From positions 1-64,000 of the forward strand of contig JBGAOA010000010.1 of NCBI GenBank assembly GCA_044222065.1: a stretch of 64,000 nucleotides of DNA, written 5' to 3'. This DNA is from Candidatus Eiseniibacteriota bacterium. Its GTDB lineage: Bacteria > Eisenbacteria > RBG-16-71-46. Shown here one piece after another: positions 41,806 to 51,512 of this stretch (position 1 is its first letter; each line of letters begins with the position of its first letter). The notes beneath the pieces were generated by a model. That model was not told the DNA's origin. It did no database searches and saw only the letters and a program-made list of their open reading frames with translations. Both the position numbers and the translations under genes were made by a program.

Positions 41806-42939
41806 CTAGAACTGCTCGAGAAAGCGCAGGTCGTTCTCGAGGAAGAGTCGGATCTCGGGCACCTTGTAGCGCGCCATCGCGATGCGCTCGAGCCCCATGC
41901 CGAACGCGAAGCCGGTCCATTCCTCGGGGTCGAGGCCGACGGCGCGGAACACGTTCGGGTGCACCATGCCGGCGCCGAGCACCTCGCTCCAGCCCGCGCC
42001 CTTGCACACGGCGCAGCGCGCGCCATCCGCGAGCTTCCCCGCGCCGTCGCAGATCGCGCACGCGACGTCGAGCTGGCAGCCCGGTTCGACGAACGGGAAG
42101 TAGATCGGGATCAGGCGCGTCTTCACGTCGCGCCCGACGATCGAGCGCGCGAACGTGTCGAGCGTCGCCTTCAAGTCGGCCATCGAGACGTTGCGGTCCA
42201 CGAACAGGCCGTCCATCTGGTGGAACTGGTCCATGTGGCTCGCGTCGATCTGCTCGGCGCGGTAGACGCGTCCGGGAAACACGAGCCTGAGCGGCGGCTT
42301 CCGCTCCTCCATCGCGCGCACCCAGCCCGGCGACGTGTGCGTGCGCAGCACGACATCGGGATTGATGAAGTACGTGTCGTGGGCGTCGCGCGCCGGATGG
42401 TCGGGCGCGAAGTTGAGCTTGCCGAAGTTGTACGCGTCGAGTTCGGCCTCGGGGCTCGAGTACACCGAGAAGCCGAGACCGTGGAACAGGTCGAGCAGGT
42501 CGTCGCGCACCTGGGCGAGCACGTGGAAGCGCCCCGTCCACGGACGGCGGCCCGGCAGCGTCACGTCCACGCCGGCGCGCGACTCGGCGGCGGCGGCGAG
42601 CGCGTCGCGCTTCGCATCGTGCAGCTCCTGCAGCCAGCGCTTGAGCAGGTTGAGCCCGCGGCCCCACGTCCGCTTGCGCTCGACCGGCAGCCCTCCGAGC
42701 GTGCCGAGCGCGGCGGTCAGTGCGCCGCGTTCGCGCCCGAGCAGCGCGACGTAGCGATCGCGCAGCTCGGCGTCGTTCGCGGCGCCCGCGAGCACCTCGG
42801 CGCCGCGCGCGTAGAACGCCGACAGCTCGCGATCGAGCGACTCGATCTCGGCGAGCCGCCCCGCGTGCTCAGGCGCGAAGGGCGCCGGATCCGCGCCCTT
42901 CCAGGCGGGATCCAGCGCCTCGAGGAGTGCGCTCGACAT
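41806..42939 (-). CDS. pheS: Phenylalanine--tRNA ligase alpha subunit
   Basis: HPARDAHDT, LRTHTS, YFPFVEP, GFAFGMGLER. Confidence 0.96.
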   Translation of the reverse strand: MSSALLEALDPAWKGADPAPFAPEHAGRLAEIESLDRELSAFYARGAEVLAGAANDAELRDRYVALLGRERGALTAALGTLGGLPVERKRTWGRGLNLLKRWLQELHDAKRDALAAAAESRAGVDVTLPGRRPWTGRFHVLAQVRDDLLDLFHGLGFSVYSSPEAELDAYNFGKLNFAPDHPARDAHDTYFINPDVVLRTHTSPGWVRAMEERKPPLRLVFPGRVYRAEQIDASHMDQFHQMDGLFVDRNVSMADLKATLDTFARSIVGRDVKTRLIPIYFPFVEPGCQLDVACAICDGAGKLADGARCAVCKGAGWSEVLGAGMVHPNVFRAVGLDPEEWTGFAFGMGLERIAMARYKVPEIRLFLENDLRFLEQF

Positions 42940-42942
42940 GCG

Positions 42943-43299
42943 TCAGACCGCCGCCGACTTGGCCTTCTCCGCGAGCTTCGCAAACGCTGCGGCGTCGCGG
43001 ACGGCGAGGTCGGCGAGCAGCTTGCGGTTGATGTCGATGTTCGCCTTCTTGAGGCCCGAGATCAGCACGCTGTACGACAGGCCGAGCTCGCGGGCGGCGG
43101 CGTTGATGCGCTGGATCCAGAGCGCGCGGAAGTCGCGCTTCTTCGTGCGGCGGTGTTCGTAGGCGAACTGTCCCGCGCGCTGCACCGTCTGGAGCGCGGA
43201 CTTGTAGAGCTTGCGGCGGCCGCTGAAGTTGCCCTTCGCGGCGCGCATCACCTTGCGTCGGCGGGCGCGTCCCGGGACGACGGTCTTGGAACGGGGCAT
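42943..43299 (-). CDS. rplT: 50S ribosomal protein L20
   Basis: [28 protein letters not shown]. Confidence 0.98.
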   Translation of the reverse strand: MPRSKTVVPGRARRRKVMRAAKGNFSGRRKLYKSALQTVQRAGQFAYEHRRTKKRDFRALWIQRINAAARELGLSYSVLISGLKKANIDINRKLLADLAVRDAAAFAKLAEKAKSAAV

Positions 43300-43374
43300 C
43301 GGATGAACCTCCTGCGACCCGGGTCGGCCGTGGGCGCCGCGCCGGGGAAAGATGGATGCGGAGTGGGAACGCGC

Positions 43375-43572
43375 TCAGCGCTTGCCGAGCATGCGGAGCA
43401 CGCGCGGCTGATCGACGTCGGCGACGAGCACCATGCCGCCGAGGCGGCGCTTGCGGTCGCGCGCCTTGCCGATCATGCCGTGACGCACGCCCGACTGTCC
43501 GCGCATCGCGCGGCCCTTGCCGGTGAGCTTGAAGCGCTTCGCCGCGGCGCGATTGGTCTTCTGCTTGGGCAT
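43375..43572 (-). CDS. rpmI: 50S ribosomal protein L35
   Basis: MPKQKTNRAAAKRFKLTGKG; AGGAG RBS. Confidence 0.96.
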   Translation of the reverse strand: MPKQKTNRAAAKRFKLTGKGRAMRGQSGVRHGMIGKARDRKRRLGGMVLVADVDQPRVLRMLGKR

Positions 43573-43591
43573 CGGTACGACTCCTCTTCTG

Positions 43592-44185
43592 CTAGGGGGT
43601 CTGCGGAGCGGGACCTTCCGCGTCCTCACCCGTCTTCGTCCCGCTCTTCGCGGGAGCCGGCTTCTGCGCCTTCGGCATGAGCACCGCGACGATCGTGCGG
43701 CCCTCCATGCGCGGCGGCGACTCGACGAGCGCGACGTCCGCGAGCGCGACGATCGCGCGCTCCATCAGACGGTGCCCGATTTCCTGGTGCGCCATCTCGC
43801 GACCGCGAAACTGCACCGTCAACTTCACCTTGTCGCGGCCCTCGAGGAACTCGCGGCCGTGCGTCACTTTGAAGTTGAAGTCGTGCTCTTCGATCTTGGG
43901 ACGCAGCTTGATCTCCTTGAGCTGCATCTGGTGCTGGTTCTTGCGGGCCTGGCGGGCCTTGCGGTTCTGCTCGTACTTGAATTTGCCGTAGTCCATGATG
44001 CGGCAGACCGGCGGTCGCGCCGTCGGCGACACTTCAACGAGATCGAGCCCCTGGGACTGAGCCATGGCGAGCGCCTCACGGACCGGAAGCACTCCGATCT
44101 GCTGGCCGTCGTCGCCGATGACCCGCACCTGCGGGACGCGAATGCGCTCGTTGACCCGGACTTCGGGCGTCTTCTGAATCGAAAT
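43592..44185 (-). CDS. infC: Translation initiation factor IF-3, with ATT start codon
   Basis: RVNERIR, LDLVEV, PPVCRIMDYGKFKY, FRGRE; GGAGGTGA followed by in-frame ATT at 44185. Confidence 0.95.
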   Translation of the reverse strand: MSIQKTPEVRVNERIRVPQVRVIGDDGQQIGVLPVREALAMAQSQGLDLVEVSPTARPPVCRIMDYGKFKYEQNRKARQARKNQHQMQLKEIKLRPKIEEHDFNFKVTHGREFLEGRDKVKLTVQFRGREMAHQEIGHRLMERAIVALADVALVESPPRMEGRTIVAVLMPKAQKPAPAKSGTKTGEDAEGPAPQTP

Positions 44186-44235
44186 GGCGGTCACCTCCGT
44201 CGGTGGTGCGTGATTCGAGCCGGCCGCTCGCCGAG

Positions 44236-44392
44236 CAAGCGAAACGCCGGGCGGGATTCCCAAGCACGAGAACCCCGCCCGGCGTCTTCGCCGGACGCAC
44301 GACCGCGCCGAGGCGGTCGCGTCACGTGACCCTTGAGCGAGGCTCGCTGGCCCGCGGGGGTGAGAAGCACGAGGCTCCTGCTTGAAAATCGA
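44236..44392 (-). promoter_or_regulatory. L20-leader-like RNA with terminator-type hairpin upstream of infC-rpmI-rplT
   Basis: AAGCAGGAGC...GCTTCTCACC motif; hairpin ACGCCGGGCGGG/CCCGCCCGGCGT (44244-44285) followed by TTCGCTT. Confidence 0.6.
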
Positions 44393-44398
44393 GGCGGC

Positions 44399-44427
44399 AG
44401 TCTACTGAGCGCCGGGCCCGTGCGCAA
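44399..44427 (-). promoter_or_regulatory. Sigma70-type promoter of the infC operon
   Basis: TTGCGC, 17 nt, TAGACT. Confidence 0.65.
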
Positions 44428-44471
44428 GCCGGTCCGACGGGGATCGCTCACGGTCCGAGCCCTCGAGCGGG

Positions 44472-44500
44472 TTGACCGTGCCCGGAGGCTCGGGCAACGT
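44472..44500 (+). promoter_or_regulatory. Divergent sigma70-type promoter for the beta-barrel pair
   Basis: TTGACC, 17 nt, CAACGT. Confidence 0.45.
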
Positions 44501-44535
44501 GCGCACGTCTTCCACGCGGACTCCGGAGACCTCGC

Positions 44536-45174
44536 ATGCGTTCCGTTCGTCGCTCGCTGATCCTCGCCGCGCTCGCGCTCGGTGCCCTTCCCCTGCGCGT
44601 CCACGCCGATGGCGGTCAGATGGTCGCGCTCCAAGTCGCGGGCGCCCAGGCGGACCTGGCGGACGCGCGCGGCACGTATCTCGAGCCGTTCTCGCACGCC
44701 GAACTCGGCGTCGGCGGCGAGCTCTGGTACTTCCTCGACCCGAGCCTCGCGATGGCCGTGCGCGGCCGCTACTCGCGGGCGCGGGACACCGAGACGGCCG
44801 CTTCGGCCTCCGGCCGCATCTACCGGCAGTGGTCGTGGAGCGGGCGACTCGGCGTGGATCGCGTCGCGGATCTCGGCCACGGCGCGCTCCTCTACTTCGG
44901 CCCCGGCGTCGAAGTGTGGCGCGGCAAGGCCCAGTTCCTCGGCTACGGCACGACGCCCGCCACGAACGACGTCACGAGCCCCGAGATCCAGCGCCTCTCG
45001 ATCTCGGCGCGACTCGGCGCCGTGTTCGCGCTCGGCGAAGCCTGGGGGCTGCAGGGCGAGGTCGGCAGTCACTTCGGCCGCGCCGACGCCGAGTCGCGGA
45101 ACGCCAAGACGAACTGGTACACGCAGGGATTCGAAGCGTCCGCCGGACTCGTCTTCGCGTTCGGGGACGACTGA
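44536..45174 (+). CDS. Small outer-membrane beta-barrel protein (copy 1)
   Basis: Signal peptide (VHA|D), alternating amphipathic strands, terminal GLVFAF. Confidence 0.75.
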   Translation: MRSVRRSLILAALALGALPLRVHADGGQMVALQVAGAQADLADARGTYLEPFSHAELGVGGELWYFLDPSLAMAVRGRYSRARDTETAASASGRIYRQWSWSGRLGVDRVADLGHGALLYFGPGVEVWRGKAQFLGYGTTPATNDVTSPEIQRLSISARLGAVFALGEAWGLQGEVGSHFGRADAESRNAKTNWYTQGFEASAGLVFAFGDD

Positions 45175-45259
45175 CCGGAGGCACTTTTCCACCGGGTGCG
45201 CGCGCGCGGGACCGCGCGTCGCCCGATCGTTCCGCAAGTCCCGACACGGAGGTCTCAGG

Positions 45260-45901
45260 ATGCGCAGACTCCTGGCGCTCGTGACGGTGGCGATGTTCGC
45301 CGCCGCCCCGGCCCACGCCCTCGGAAAGGGCGCGTCGCTGTTCTCGATCCAGTTGTCGAACGGAACCGCCGACCTCGTCGAGCCCGAGGCGGGCAACGGC
45401 TTCATCTCCGCCTACGACCACAGCGAACTCGGCGCGCAGGTCGAGTTCTGGCACCTGCTCAGCGACGACTACGCGTTCACGGCGTCGGGCGGCATCGGCT
45501 TCTTCAGCGAAACCGACGAACCGGGAACGAACGCGCCGGCGGCCGCGCCGGAGGCGAAGTACACGCAGTCGTCGTTCAGCCTGCGCGTCGGCGGCGATCG
45601 AGTCGTGAAGATCGGCGATCGCGCGATCGTGTACTTCGGACCCGGCCTCCAGTTCTGGAGCGGAAAGGCCAAGTTCGAGGGCTTCGCCCCGACCGATGTC
45701 GAGAGCGAGACCGTGACGCGCATCAGCCTGTCGAGCCGCATCGGCGCGAACATGATGATCGGGCCCAACTGGGGCGTCGGCTGTCACCTCGGACGCCTCA
45801 TCGGACGCGCGTCGGCCGAGGACGCCGGAGCGAAGGCCTCGTGGTGGCCGAGCAGCCTGGACGCGGCGGGCGGCATCGTCTTCCAGTTCGGCGGAGACTG
45901 A
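45260..45901 (+). CDS. Small outer-membrane beta-barrel protein (copy 2, paralogue)
   Basis: GGAGG RBS; signal peptide (AHA|L); YFGPGLQFWSGKAKF versus YFGPGVEVWRGKAQF in copy 1; terminal GIVFQF. Confidence 0.8.
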   Translation: MRRLLALVTVAMFAAAPAHALGKGASLFSIQLSNGTADLVEPEAGNGFISAYDHSELGAQVEFWHLLSDDYAFTASGGIGFFSETDEPGTNAPAAAPEAKYTQSSFSLRVGGDRVVKIGDRAIVYFGPGLQFWSGKAKFEGFAPTDVESETVTRISLSSRIGANMMIGPNWGVGCHLGRLIGRASAEDAGAKASWWPSSLDAAGGIVFQFGGD

Positions 45902-45916
45902 TTCACCGCTCGGAGA

Positions 45917-45948
45917 ACGCGGGCCGGTCCTTCGGGACCGGCCCGCGT
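45917..45948 (+). terminator. Terminator-like hairpin
   Basis: Perfect 14-bp stem ACGCGGGCCGGTCC with a c(UUCG)g loop just after the stop; weak U tract. Confidence 0.7.
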
Positions 45949-46023
45949 CGCGTTTCGTGCAGATCGCAATGCCGCGGCCGGCCGCCCTCGCTCGCGCGAG
46001 TCGGCAGTCGTGGCGCTGCAACG

Positions 46024-46051
46024 TGAAGCCGCCGTCCGCGGTCGCCGATAA
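46024..46051 (+). promoter_or_regulatory. Sigma28 (FliA/WhiG)-like promoter
   Basis: TGAAG, 15 nt, GCCGATAA (perfect -10 octamer), 53 nt before the TonB receptor ATG. Confidence 0.6.
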
Positions 46052-46104
46052 AGGCAGCGCAGGCCCTTGCTCGATTCGACCTCACACAATCGGGAGTTCT
46101 CAGC

Positions 46105-48090
46105 ATGCGCTCGCGGTTCGTCCCGGCGCTCGGCCTGTCCCTTTCCCTCATCGCCTCCACGGCGTTCGGCGACCCGTCCGGGCCCGCACCGGAGAATCCG
46201 TTCGACCTCGTTCGCGAGGCCGCCGAAGGCGCGCGCGCCCGGCGCACGCAGCCGTTGTCCGAAGTCCCGGCCGCCACGATCTCCGTCATCACGCGCGAGG
46301 AGATCCTCGCGCAGGGCTACGAGACCGTGGCCGACGCGCTCGCATGGGTGCGCGGCCTCTACGTTTCGGGCGACTTCGTCTACCGCTACGTCGGCGTCCG
46401 GGGAGTGCAGCGACCGGGTGACCTGAACAACAAGGTCCTGATCGCGATCGACGGACACGCCTTGAACGGAAACGTCTACGGCGACGGACTCGTGGGTGAC
46501 GAGTCTTCGATCGACCTCGAGGCGGTCGAACGCATCGAGGTGATCCGCGGCCCCGGCTCCGCGCTCTACGGCAGCTACGCCGTGCTCGCGGTCGTCAACA
46601 TCGTGACGCGCGGCGCGCGACCGGACGGCGACTTCGCGTTCCACGGACACGCCTCACAGGACGGCCGTCGCTACGGACACGCCGCGCTCCAGCGCCCGTT
46701 CGGATCGGGCGGCTCCGTCGCGCTCCGGGCCTCGTGGCTGGGCGCCGACGGACGCGACTTCCGCTACCCGGAATTCGAACTCGAGGGGCTCTCGGACGGC
46801 TGGTCGCGATCGTCGTCCCGGACGCGCCGCGTCGCGGCGTTCAGCGACGTGCGATGGCGGGGTTCGCGTCTCGTCGCGAGCATCGGCGAGCGGCTGCAGC
46901 ACGACCCGACCGGCAGCTACGGCGCCGATCTCGGGGACGAGCGCAATCACAGCCGGGACCAGCGCGCGTTCGTCGAATGGTCGACGTCCCGGACGGCCGA
47001 CGATTCGCGCGGGTCGGTGCGCGCCTACTGGGATCGAGCGGACTTCGAGGGCCGGTTCGTCTACACGGTCGACTCGACGACGTCGCTCGTGAACGTCGAA
47101 CGCGGGACCGGCGACATCTTCGGCGCGGAGGCTCGCGTCTCGTTCGCCGCGTCGGGATCGCAGGTGCTGACGGTCGGCGCGAACGCCGAATACACGGCCC
47201 GGGCCCGCGTGCTCAGCGTGGATGTCGGCGCGGGCGCGCCGAACTCGTTCACGAACCCGCGCGGCGGGCGGCTCGGACTTTACGCGCAGGACGAGATCCG
47301 CCTCGGAGCCGCTGCGCTCACGACGCTCGGCGCGCGGCTGGACGGCGCCGAGGGGCAGCAGACGGTGGCGAGTCCGCGGGCGGACTTCGTCGCGCGCGTG
47401 AGCGAACACACGCGCTGGAAGGCGCTCGTCGGCGGGGCGTTCCGTCCTCCGGCCCCGATCGAGAAGTCGCTCGAAGGCGCGGGCCAGGTCGCGAATTCGG
47501 CGCTGCACGCCGAACGGGCGATCACGTTCGAGAGTTCGATCGAGCACTCGATGCCCGCAACCACGTTCATCCTGTCGGGCTATCGCAATCGCCTCCGCGA
47601 CCTCATCGATCTCGTCACGATCGGCGCGGACGAGGCGCTTCAGTTCCAGAACCTCGGGGCCGCGGTCACGACCGGCATCGAGGGCGAGGCGCAGCTGCGC
47701 TCGAGCGGCGGCGTGAGCGGCCGCGTCACGCTCGCGTGGCAGAGCAGCCGCACCGACCCGGGTGACGTGCGCCTCACGAATTCGCCCGAATGGAACGCCC
47801 AGGCCGTGCTGACGGCGCGCCCGCACGGCGCGCCGTACGCGCTCGGCCTGAGGGCCCGCTGGCTGTCGCGCCGGCTCACGCGCGCGGGCGCCTGGACGGC
47901 GGCTCCGGTCGTCGTGGACGGCAGGGTCGGCTGGCGCTTCGGCGCCGCGTTCGATGCCGGGCTCTCGGTGCACAACGTCTTCGACTCCGTGTACGGAGAT
48001 CCCGTCGGCGACTACCTGCTTCAGGACCAGATCGAGGCGCCGCGCCGCAACGCGACGCTCGAGCTCGACTGGGCGTGGGGAGCGCAGTGA
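46105..48090 (+). CDS. TonB-dependent receptor
   Basis: Signal peptide; plug motifs ISVITREEI and VERIEVIRGPGSALYG..VVNIVT; barrel strands; VHNVFD. Confidence 0.92.
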   Translation: MRSRFVPALGLSLSLIASTAFGDPSGPAPENPFDLVREAAEGARARRTQPLSEVPAATISVITREEILAQGYETVADALAWVRGLYVSGDFVYRYVGVRGVQRPGDLNNKVLIAIDGHALNGNVYGDGLVGDESSIDLEAVERIEVIRGPGSALYGSYAVLAVVNIVTRGARPDGDFAFHGHASQDGRRYGHAALQRPFGSGGSVALRASWLGADGRDFRYPEFELEGLSDGWSRSSSRTRRVAAFSDVRWRGSRLVASIGERLQHDPTGSYGADLGDERNHSRDQRAFVEWSTSRTADDSRGSVRAYWDRADFEGRFVYTVDSTTSLVNVERGTGDIFGAEARVSFAASGSQVLTVGANAEYTARARVLSVDVGAGAPNSFTNPRGGRLGLYAQDEIRLGAAALTTLGARLDGAEGQQTVASPRADFVARVSEHTRWKALVGGAFRPPAPIEKSLEGAGQVANSALHAERAITFESSIEHSMPATTFILSGYRNRLRDLIDLVTIGADEALQFQNLGAAVTTGIEGEAQLRSSGGVSGRVTLAWQSSRTDPGDVRLTNSPEWNAQAVLTARPHGAPYALGLRARWLSRRLTRAGAWTAAPVVVDGRVGWRFGAAFDAGLSVHNVFDSVYGDPVGDYLLQDQIEAPRRNATLELDWAWGAQ

Positions 48091-49022
48091 GCGGCGTCGT
48101 GCGACGGCAGGCGGCGCGCAGGACCGCCCTCGCCCTCGCCTTCTCCCTCACGGCGCTCGCCGCGACGCCGCCGGCCGCTCGCGCGGGCGGCGTGCACGTG
48201 CTCGTGATGCGCTCGAGCAACGCGGCGCCGTACGAGTCCGCCGTGAAGGGATTCCGGCACGAGTACGGCGCGCCGTTCGAGGAGCTGACGCTCGACGGGG
48301 TCACGAACGAGGCGGCGCTCGCCACGGTGCGGACGAAGTCGCCGGACGTGATCGTCGCCGTCGGATTGCGCGCGGCGCTGTTCGCGCGCGACCGCATCAG
48401 CGACGTGCCCGTGGTCTTCTGCGCCGTCGCGCAGCCGGAACGCTACGAGCTGGGCGGCACGCGACTCACCGGAGTCGCTTCGGACGTTCCGGCCGCCGAC
48501 GTCGTCCACGCGATCGCGAAGCTCGCGCCGGACGTGCACGACGTCGCGGTGTTCACCGGACCGACTCCCGCGCGCGACCTGGCGCGGCTCGCGCGCCGGG
48601 GCTCGGGCGAATCGCCCCGCATCGTGCCCGTCGTCGTGAAGGAGCTGAATGCGTTCGCGAACGAGGCGCGCCGGGTCGAACCGAACGTCCAGGCGTTCTG
48701 GCTCCATTCCGATCCCGACGTCGCGACGCCCGAGACCTTCCAGTTCCTGCTCGGGCTGTCCGTGTCGAAGCGCAAGCCGCTGTTCGTGTTCTCGGACGCG
48801 CTCGTGCGCTCGGGGGCGATGGCGGCCGTCGTCCCGGATTACGAGCGCGCCGGCGTGGAGGCGGCGGCCGTCCTGCGCCGGCTGCTCGCGGGCGAGCGCC
48901 CCGCGGACCTGCCGATCGTCGCGTCGCGCGGCTCTCGCGTCGTGGTCAACGGCGCCGCCGTCACCGCGCTCGGCCGCACGCTGCCCCCCGAATCGCTGCG
49001 CGGCGTGGAGCAAGCGCGATGA
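48087..49022 (+). CDS. Periplasmic ABC-type substrate-binding-like protein (no cognate permease nearby)
   Basis: Signal peptide; PDVIVAVG, VPVVFCAV, LVRSGAMAAV.PDY, VVN..A..LG; GTG overlaps the receptor stop. Confidence 0.8.
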   Translation: MSGVVRRQAARRTALALAFSLTALAATPPAARAGGVHVLVMRSSNAAPYESAVKGFRHEYGAPFEELTLDGVTNEAALATVRTKSPDVIVAVGLRAALFARDRISDVPVVFCAVAQPERYELGGTRLTGVASDVPAADVVHAIAKLAPDVHDVAVFTGPTPARDLARLARRGSGESPRIVPVVVKELNAFANEARRVEPNVQAFWLHSDPDVATPETFQFLLGLSVSKRKPLFVFSDALVRSGAMAAVVPDYERAGVEAAAVLRRLLAGERPADLPIVASRGSRVVVNGAAVTALGRTLPPESLRGVEQAR

Positions 49023-51499
49023 GCGCGGCGCGCGCCCGCGTGCAGATCTCCCGTCGGCTGAGAGGGCTCGATCTGCGCGCCCGCGCCTCGCTCGTCTTCG
49101 TCGGCGGCGCGATCGCGTGCGCCTTCGCCTACTACGTCCTGTTGCTCACGATGTCGGGACGATTCCTGGACGACGAACTCGAAAAGCGCAGCCTCGTGCT
49201 CGTGAGCGGGTTCGCCGAGGACGCAGCCATGCCCATGCTCGTCGGCGACGCGGAGCAGCTGACCGCGGTGTGCCGTCGGCTCACCGCCGAGACCGACATC
49301 GTGTCGGCCTCGATCTTCGACGCCGAGGGCGTCCTGCGTTGGAGCGCAGACCGCAGCACGCGCACGAATGCGGGCGCCGGCGAGCGTCGAACGAGCGCCG
49401 CAGAGTCGGCGCCCGTGCGAGTGTTCGAAGCGCCGGTCCGGCGCGCGGCCGTGGATCGCGCGCTCGACGGCCTCGAGGACGGGCTCCCGCGGCCCGGCGG
49501 TGACGGCAACGCGAGCACGATCGGCCGGGTGCGCATCGAGGTCTCGACCGCGCGGCAGCAGGCGACGCTGCGCGGCACGGCCCGCGTCGGGCTGCTGCTG
49601 CTCGCGATCGGCCTCGTCATCGGCCTCGGCGGCGCGTGGACGTTCGTGCGCGTGCTCGTGCGGCCGCTGCGCGAGGCCGGCGATCTCGCCCACGACATCG
49701 CGAACGGAAACCTCGACCGCCGCCTCCCCGTGCGTCAGGACGACGAGCTCGGCGCGCTCGCCTCGTCCATGAACCTGATGGCGCAGACGCTGCAGGAGTC
49801 GCTCGCCCGCGAGCGCGCCGAGGCCGAGACGATGCGCCACGTGGCCGAGGCGGTGCTCGACGTGTCGCGCGGCGCGCGCGCGTCCTACGATCCGCGCAGC
49901 GTCTTCAAGGTCGTCGCGGCGCAGATCCGGCGGATCGCGGAATGCCGCTCGCTCGCGCTCGCCGTGCGGGACGGCCTCGAGGGGCCGTTCGTCTTCTGCT
50001 ACTCGGACCCGTCCTCGGCGGAGCCGCTGTTCCGCGACCACTCGATGCTCGCGCCCGACCTCGCCGAGATCTGCCTGCGCACCGGCGAGCCCTACGAGTT
50101 CGACCCGCGCCTGCGCTCGGACGACCTGTCGCGCGCGCTCGCCGAGGACGGTGTCGGGTGGGCGTCGCTCGTGCCTATGGCGCTCGGCGGCGGCGTCTCC
50201 GCGATGCTGCTCGTCACCGCGGGCCGGCAGCGTGCCCCGCGGCGCGAGGAACTGCGCCTCGTCGCGGCGCTGACGGGACACGTCACGGCCTCCATCCAGT
50301 CGCAGCAGCTGCGCGTGCGGCTCGAGAAGGCGTTCGAGGAGCTCCAGGCCACGCGCGACCAGCTGCTTCGCAGCGAGCGCCTGCGCGCGACGGGCGAACT
50401 CGCCTCGGGCGTCGCCCACGACTTCAACAACGTTCTCGGTGCGATCCTCGGGCGCGTTCAGCTCGTGCGCCGTCAGATGGACCGCGGCGAGCGCGACCTC
50501 GCCGGCCTCGGCGAGTCGCTCGGCGTGATCGAGATCGCGGCTCGCGACGGCGCCGAGACCGTGCGGCGACTCCGTCAGTTCAGCATCGGCGAATCCCCCG
50601 CCGCCGGCGGGACCGCCGTGGACCTGCCGTCCGTCGTGCGCGAAGCCGTCGAACTGACGCGGCCGCGCTGGAAGCACGAGGCCGAGGCCGAAGGCCGCGA
50701 GATCTCGGTCGTCACCTCGCTGCGGGACGGCACCTGGGTGACCGGGCGCGCGAACGAACTGCGCGAGGCGCTCGTGAACCTGATCCTGAACGCGGCGGAC
50801 GCGATGCCGCAGGGGGGCGTGATTCGCATCGGCGTCACGCCGGCCGACGGTGAGGTGGCGCTCGTCGTCGAAGACAACGGCACGGGCATGGACGAAGAGA
50901 CCCGCAAGCGCATGTTCGACCCGTTCTTCACGACCAAGGGCGCGCGCGGCACCGGACTCGGCATGTCCATGATCTACGGCATCGTCCAGCGCGCCGGCGG
51001 TCGGATCGACGTCCGCAGCGCGCTCGGCATCGGCACCGTCGTGGACGTGTACCTGCGCCGATCCGAACCGCCGTCCGAGGCCCCGGCCGAGACGCCGATC
51101 GAACCCGCGGCGCCGCTCCAGCGTCTGCGCGTGCTGGTCGTGGACGACGAAGACATCGTGCGCGAACTGCTGCGCGACATCCTCACGGACCTCGGGCACG
51201 AGGTCGAGGACCATCCCGGCGCCGAGGAAGCGCTCGCGCAATTCGAAACCGGCGCGTACGACCTCGTGCTGACCGACCTCGGCATGCCGGGCGTGAGCGG
51301 CTGGGACGTGGCGCGCGTCATCCGCCAGCGCGACCGCCACGTCGTGATCGCGTTCGTCACCGGGTGGGGCGACGAAGTGCACCCGAACGCGATGCGCGAG
51401 GCCGGCGCGGACCACGTCGTGCCGAAGCCGTTCTCGATCGAAGACCTCGTCGAGGTGCTGCAGCTCGCCGCCGCGCGCCGACTCGCGCGCGCCGCGTGA
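49019..51499 (+). CDS. Hybrid sensor kinase (TM-periplasmic-TM-HAMP-GAF-HisKA-HATPase-REC)
   Basis: Two TM helices, HAMP (DELGALASSMNLM), VAHDFNN, FFTTKG..GTGLG, receiver VLVVDD..TDLGMP..KPF. Confidence 0.93.
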   Translation: MSAARARVQISRRLRGLDLRARASLVFVGGAIACAFAYYVLLLTMSGRFLDDELEKRSLVLVSGFAEDAAMPMLVGDAEQLTAVCRRLTAETDIVSASIFDAEGVLRWSADRSTRTNAGAGERRTSAAESAPVRVFEAPVRRAAVDRALDGLEDGLPRPGGDGNASTIGRVRIEVSTARQQATLRGTARVGLLLLAIGLVIGLGGAWTFVRVLVRPLREAGDLAHDIANGNLDRRLPVRQDDELGALASSMNLMAQTLQESLARERAEAETMRHVAEAVLDVSRGARASYDPRSVFKVVAAQIRRIAECRSLALAVRDGLEGPFVFCYSDPSSAEPLFRDHSMLAPDLAEICLRTGEPYEFDPRLRSDDLSRALAEDGVGWASLVPMALGGGVSAMLLVTAGRQRAPRREELRLVAALTGHVTASIQSQQLRVRLEKAFEELQATRDQLLRSERLRATGELASGVAHDFNNVLGAILGRVQLVRRQMDRGERDLAGLGESLGVIEIAARDGAETVRRLRQFSIGESPAAGGTAVDLPSVVREAVELTRPRWKHEAEAEGREISVVTSLRDGTWVTGRANELREALVNLILNAADAMPQGGVIRIGVTPADGEVALVVEDNGTGMDEETRKRMFDPFFTTKGARGTGLGMSMIYGIVQRAGGRIDVRSALGIGTVVDVYLRRSEPPSEAPAETPIEPAAPLQRLRVLVVDDEDIVRELLRDILTDLGHEVEDHPGAEEALAQFETGAYDLVLTDLGMPGVSGWDVARVIRQRDRHVVIAFVTGWGDEVHPNAMREAGADHVVPKPFSIEDLVEVLQLAAARRLARAA

Positions 51500-51512
51500 A
51501 CCGCCGCCGCGT

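Noticed and set aside
41990..42065. CxxC..CxxC insert in PheS
   Set aside because: Common in PheS from many bacterial phyla.
44536..51499. The + strand block as a prophage or tRNA-integrated island
   Set aside because: No integrase, no att repeat of the tRNA 3' end and no obvious compositional shift.
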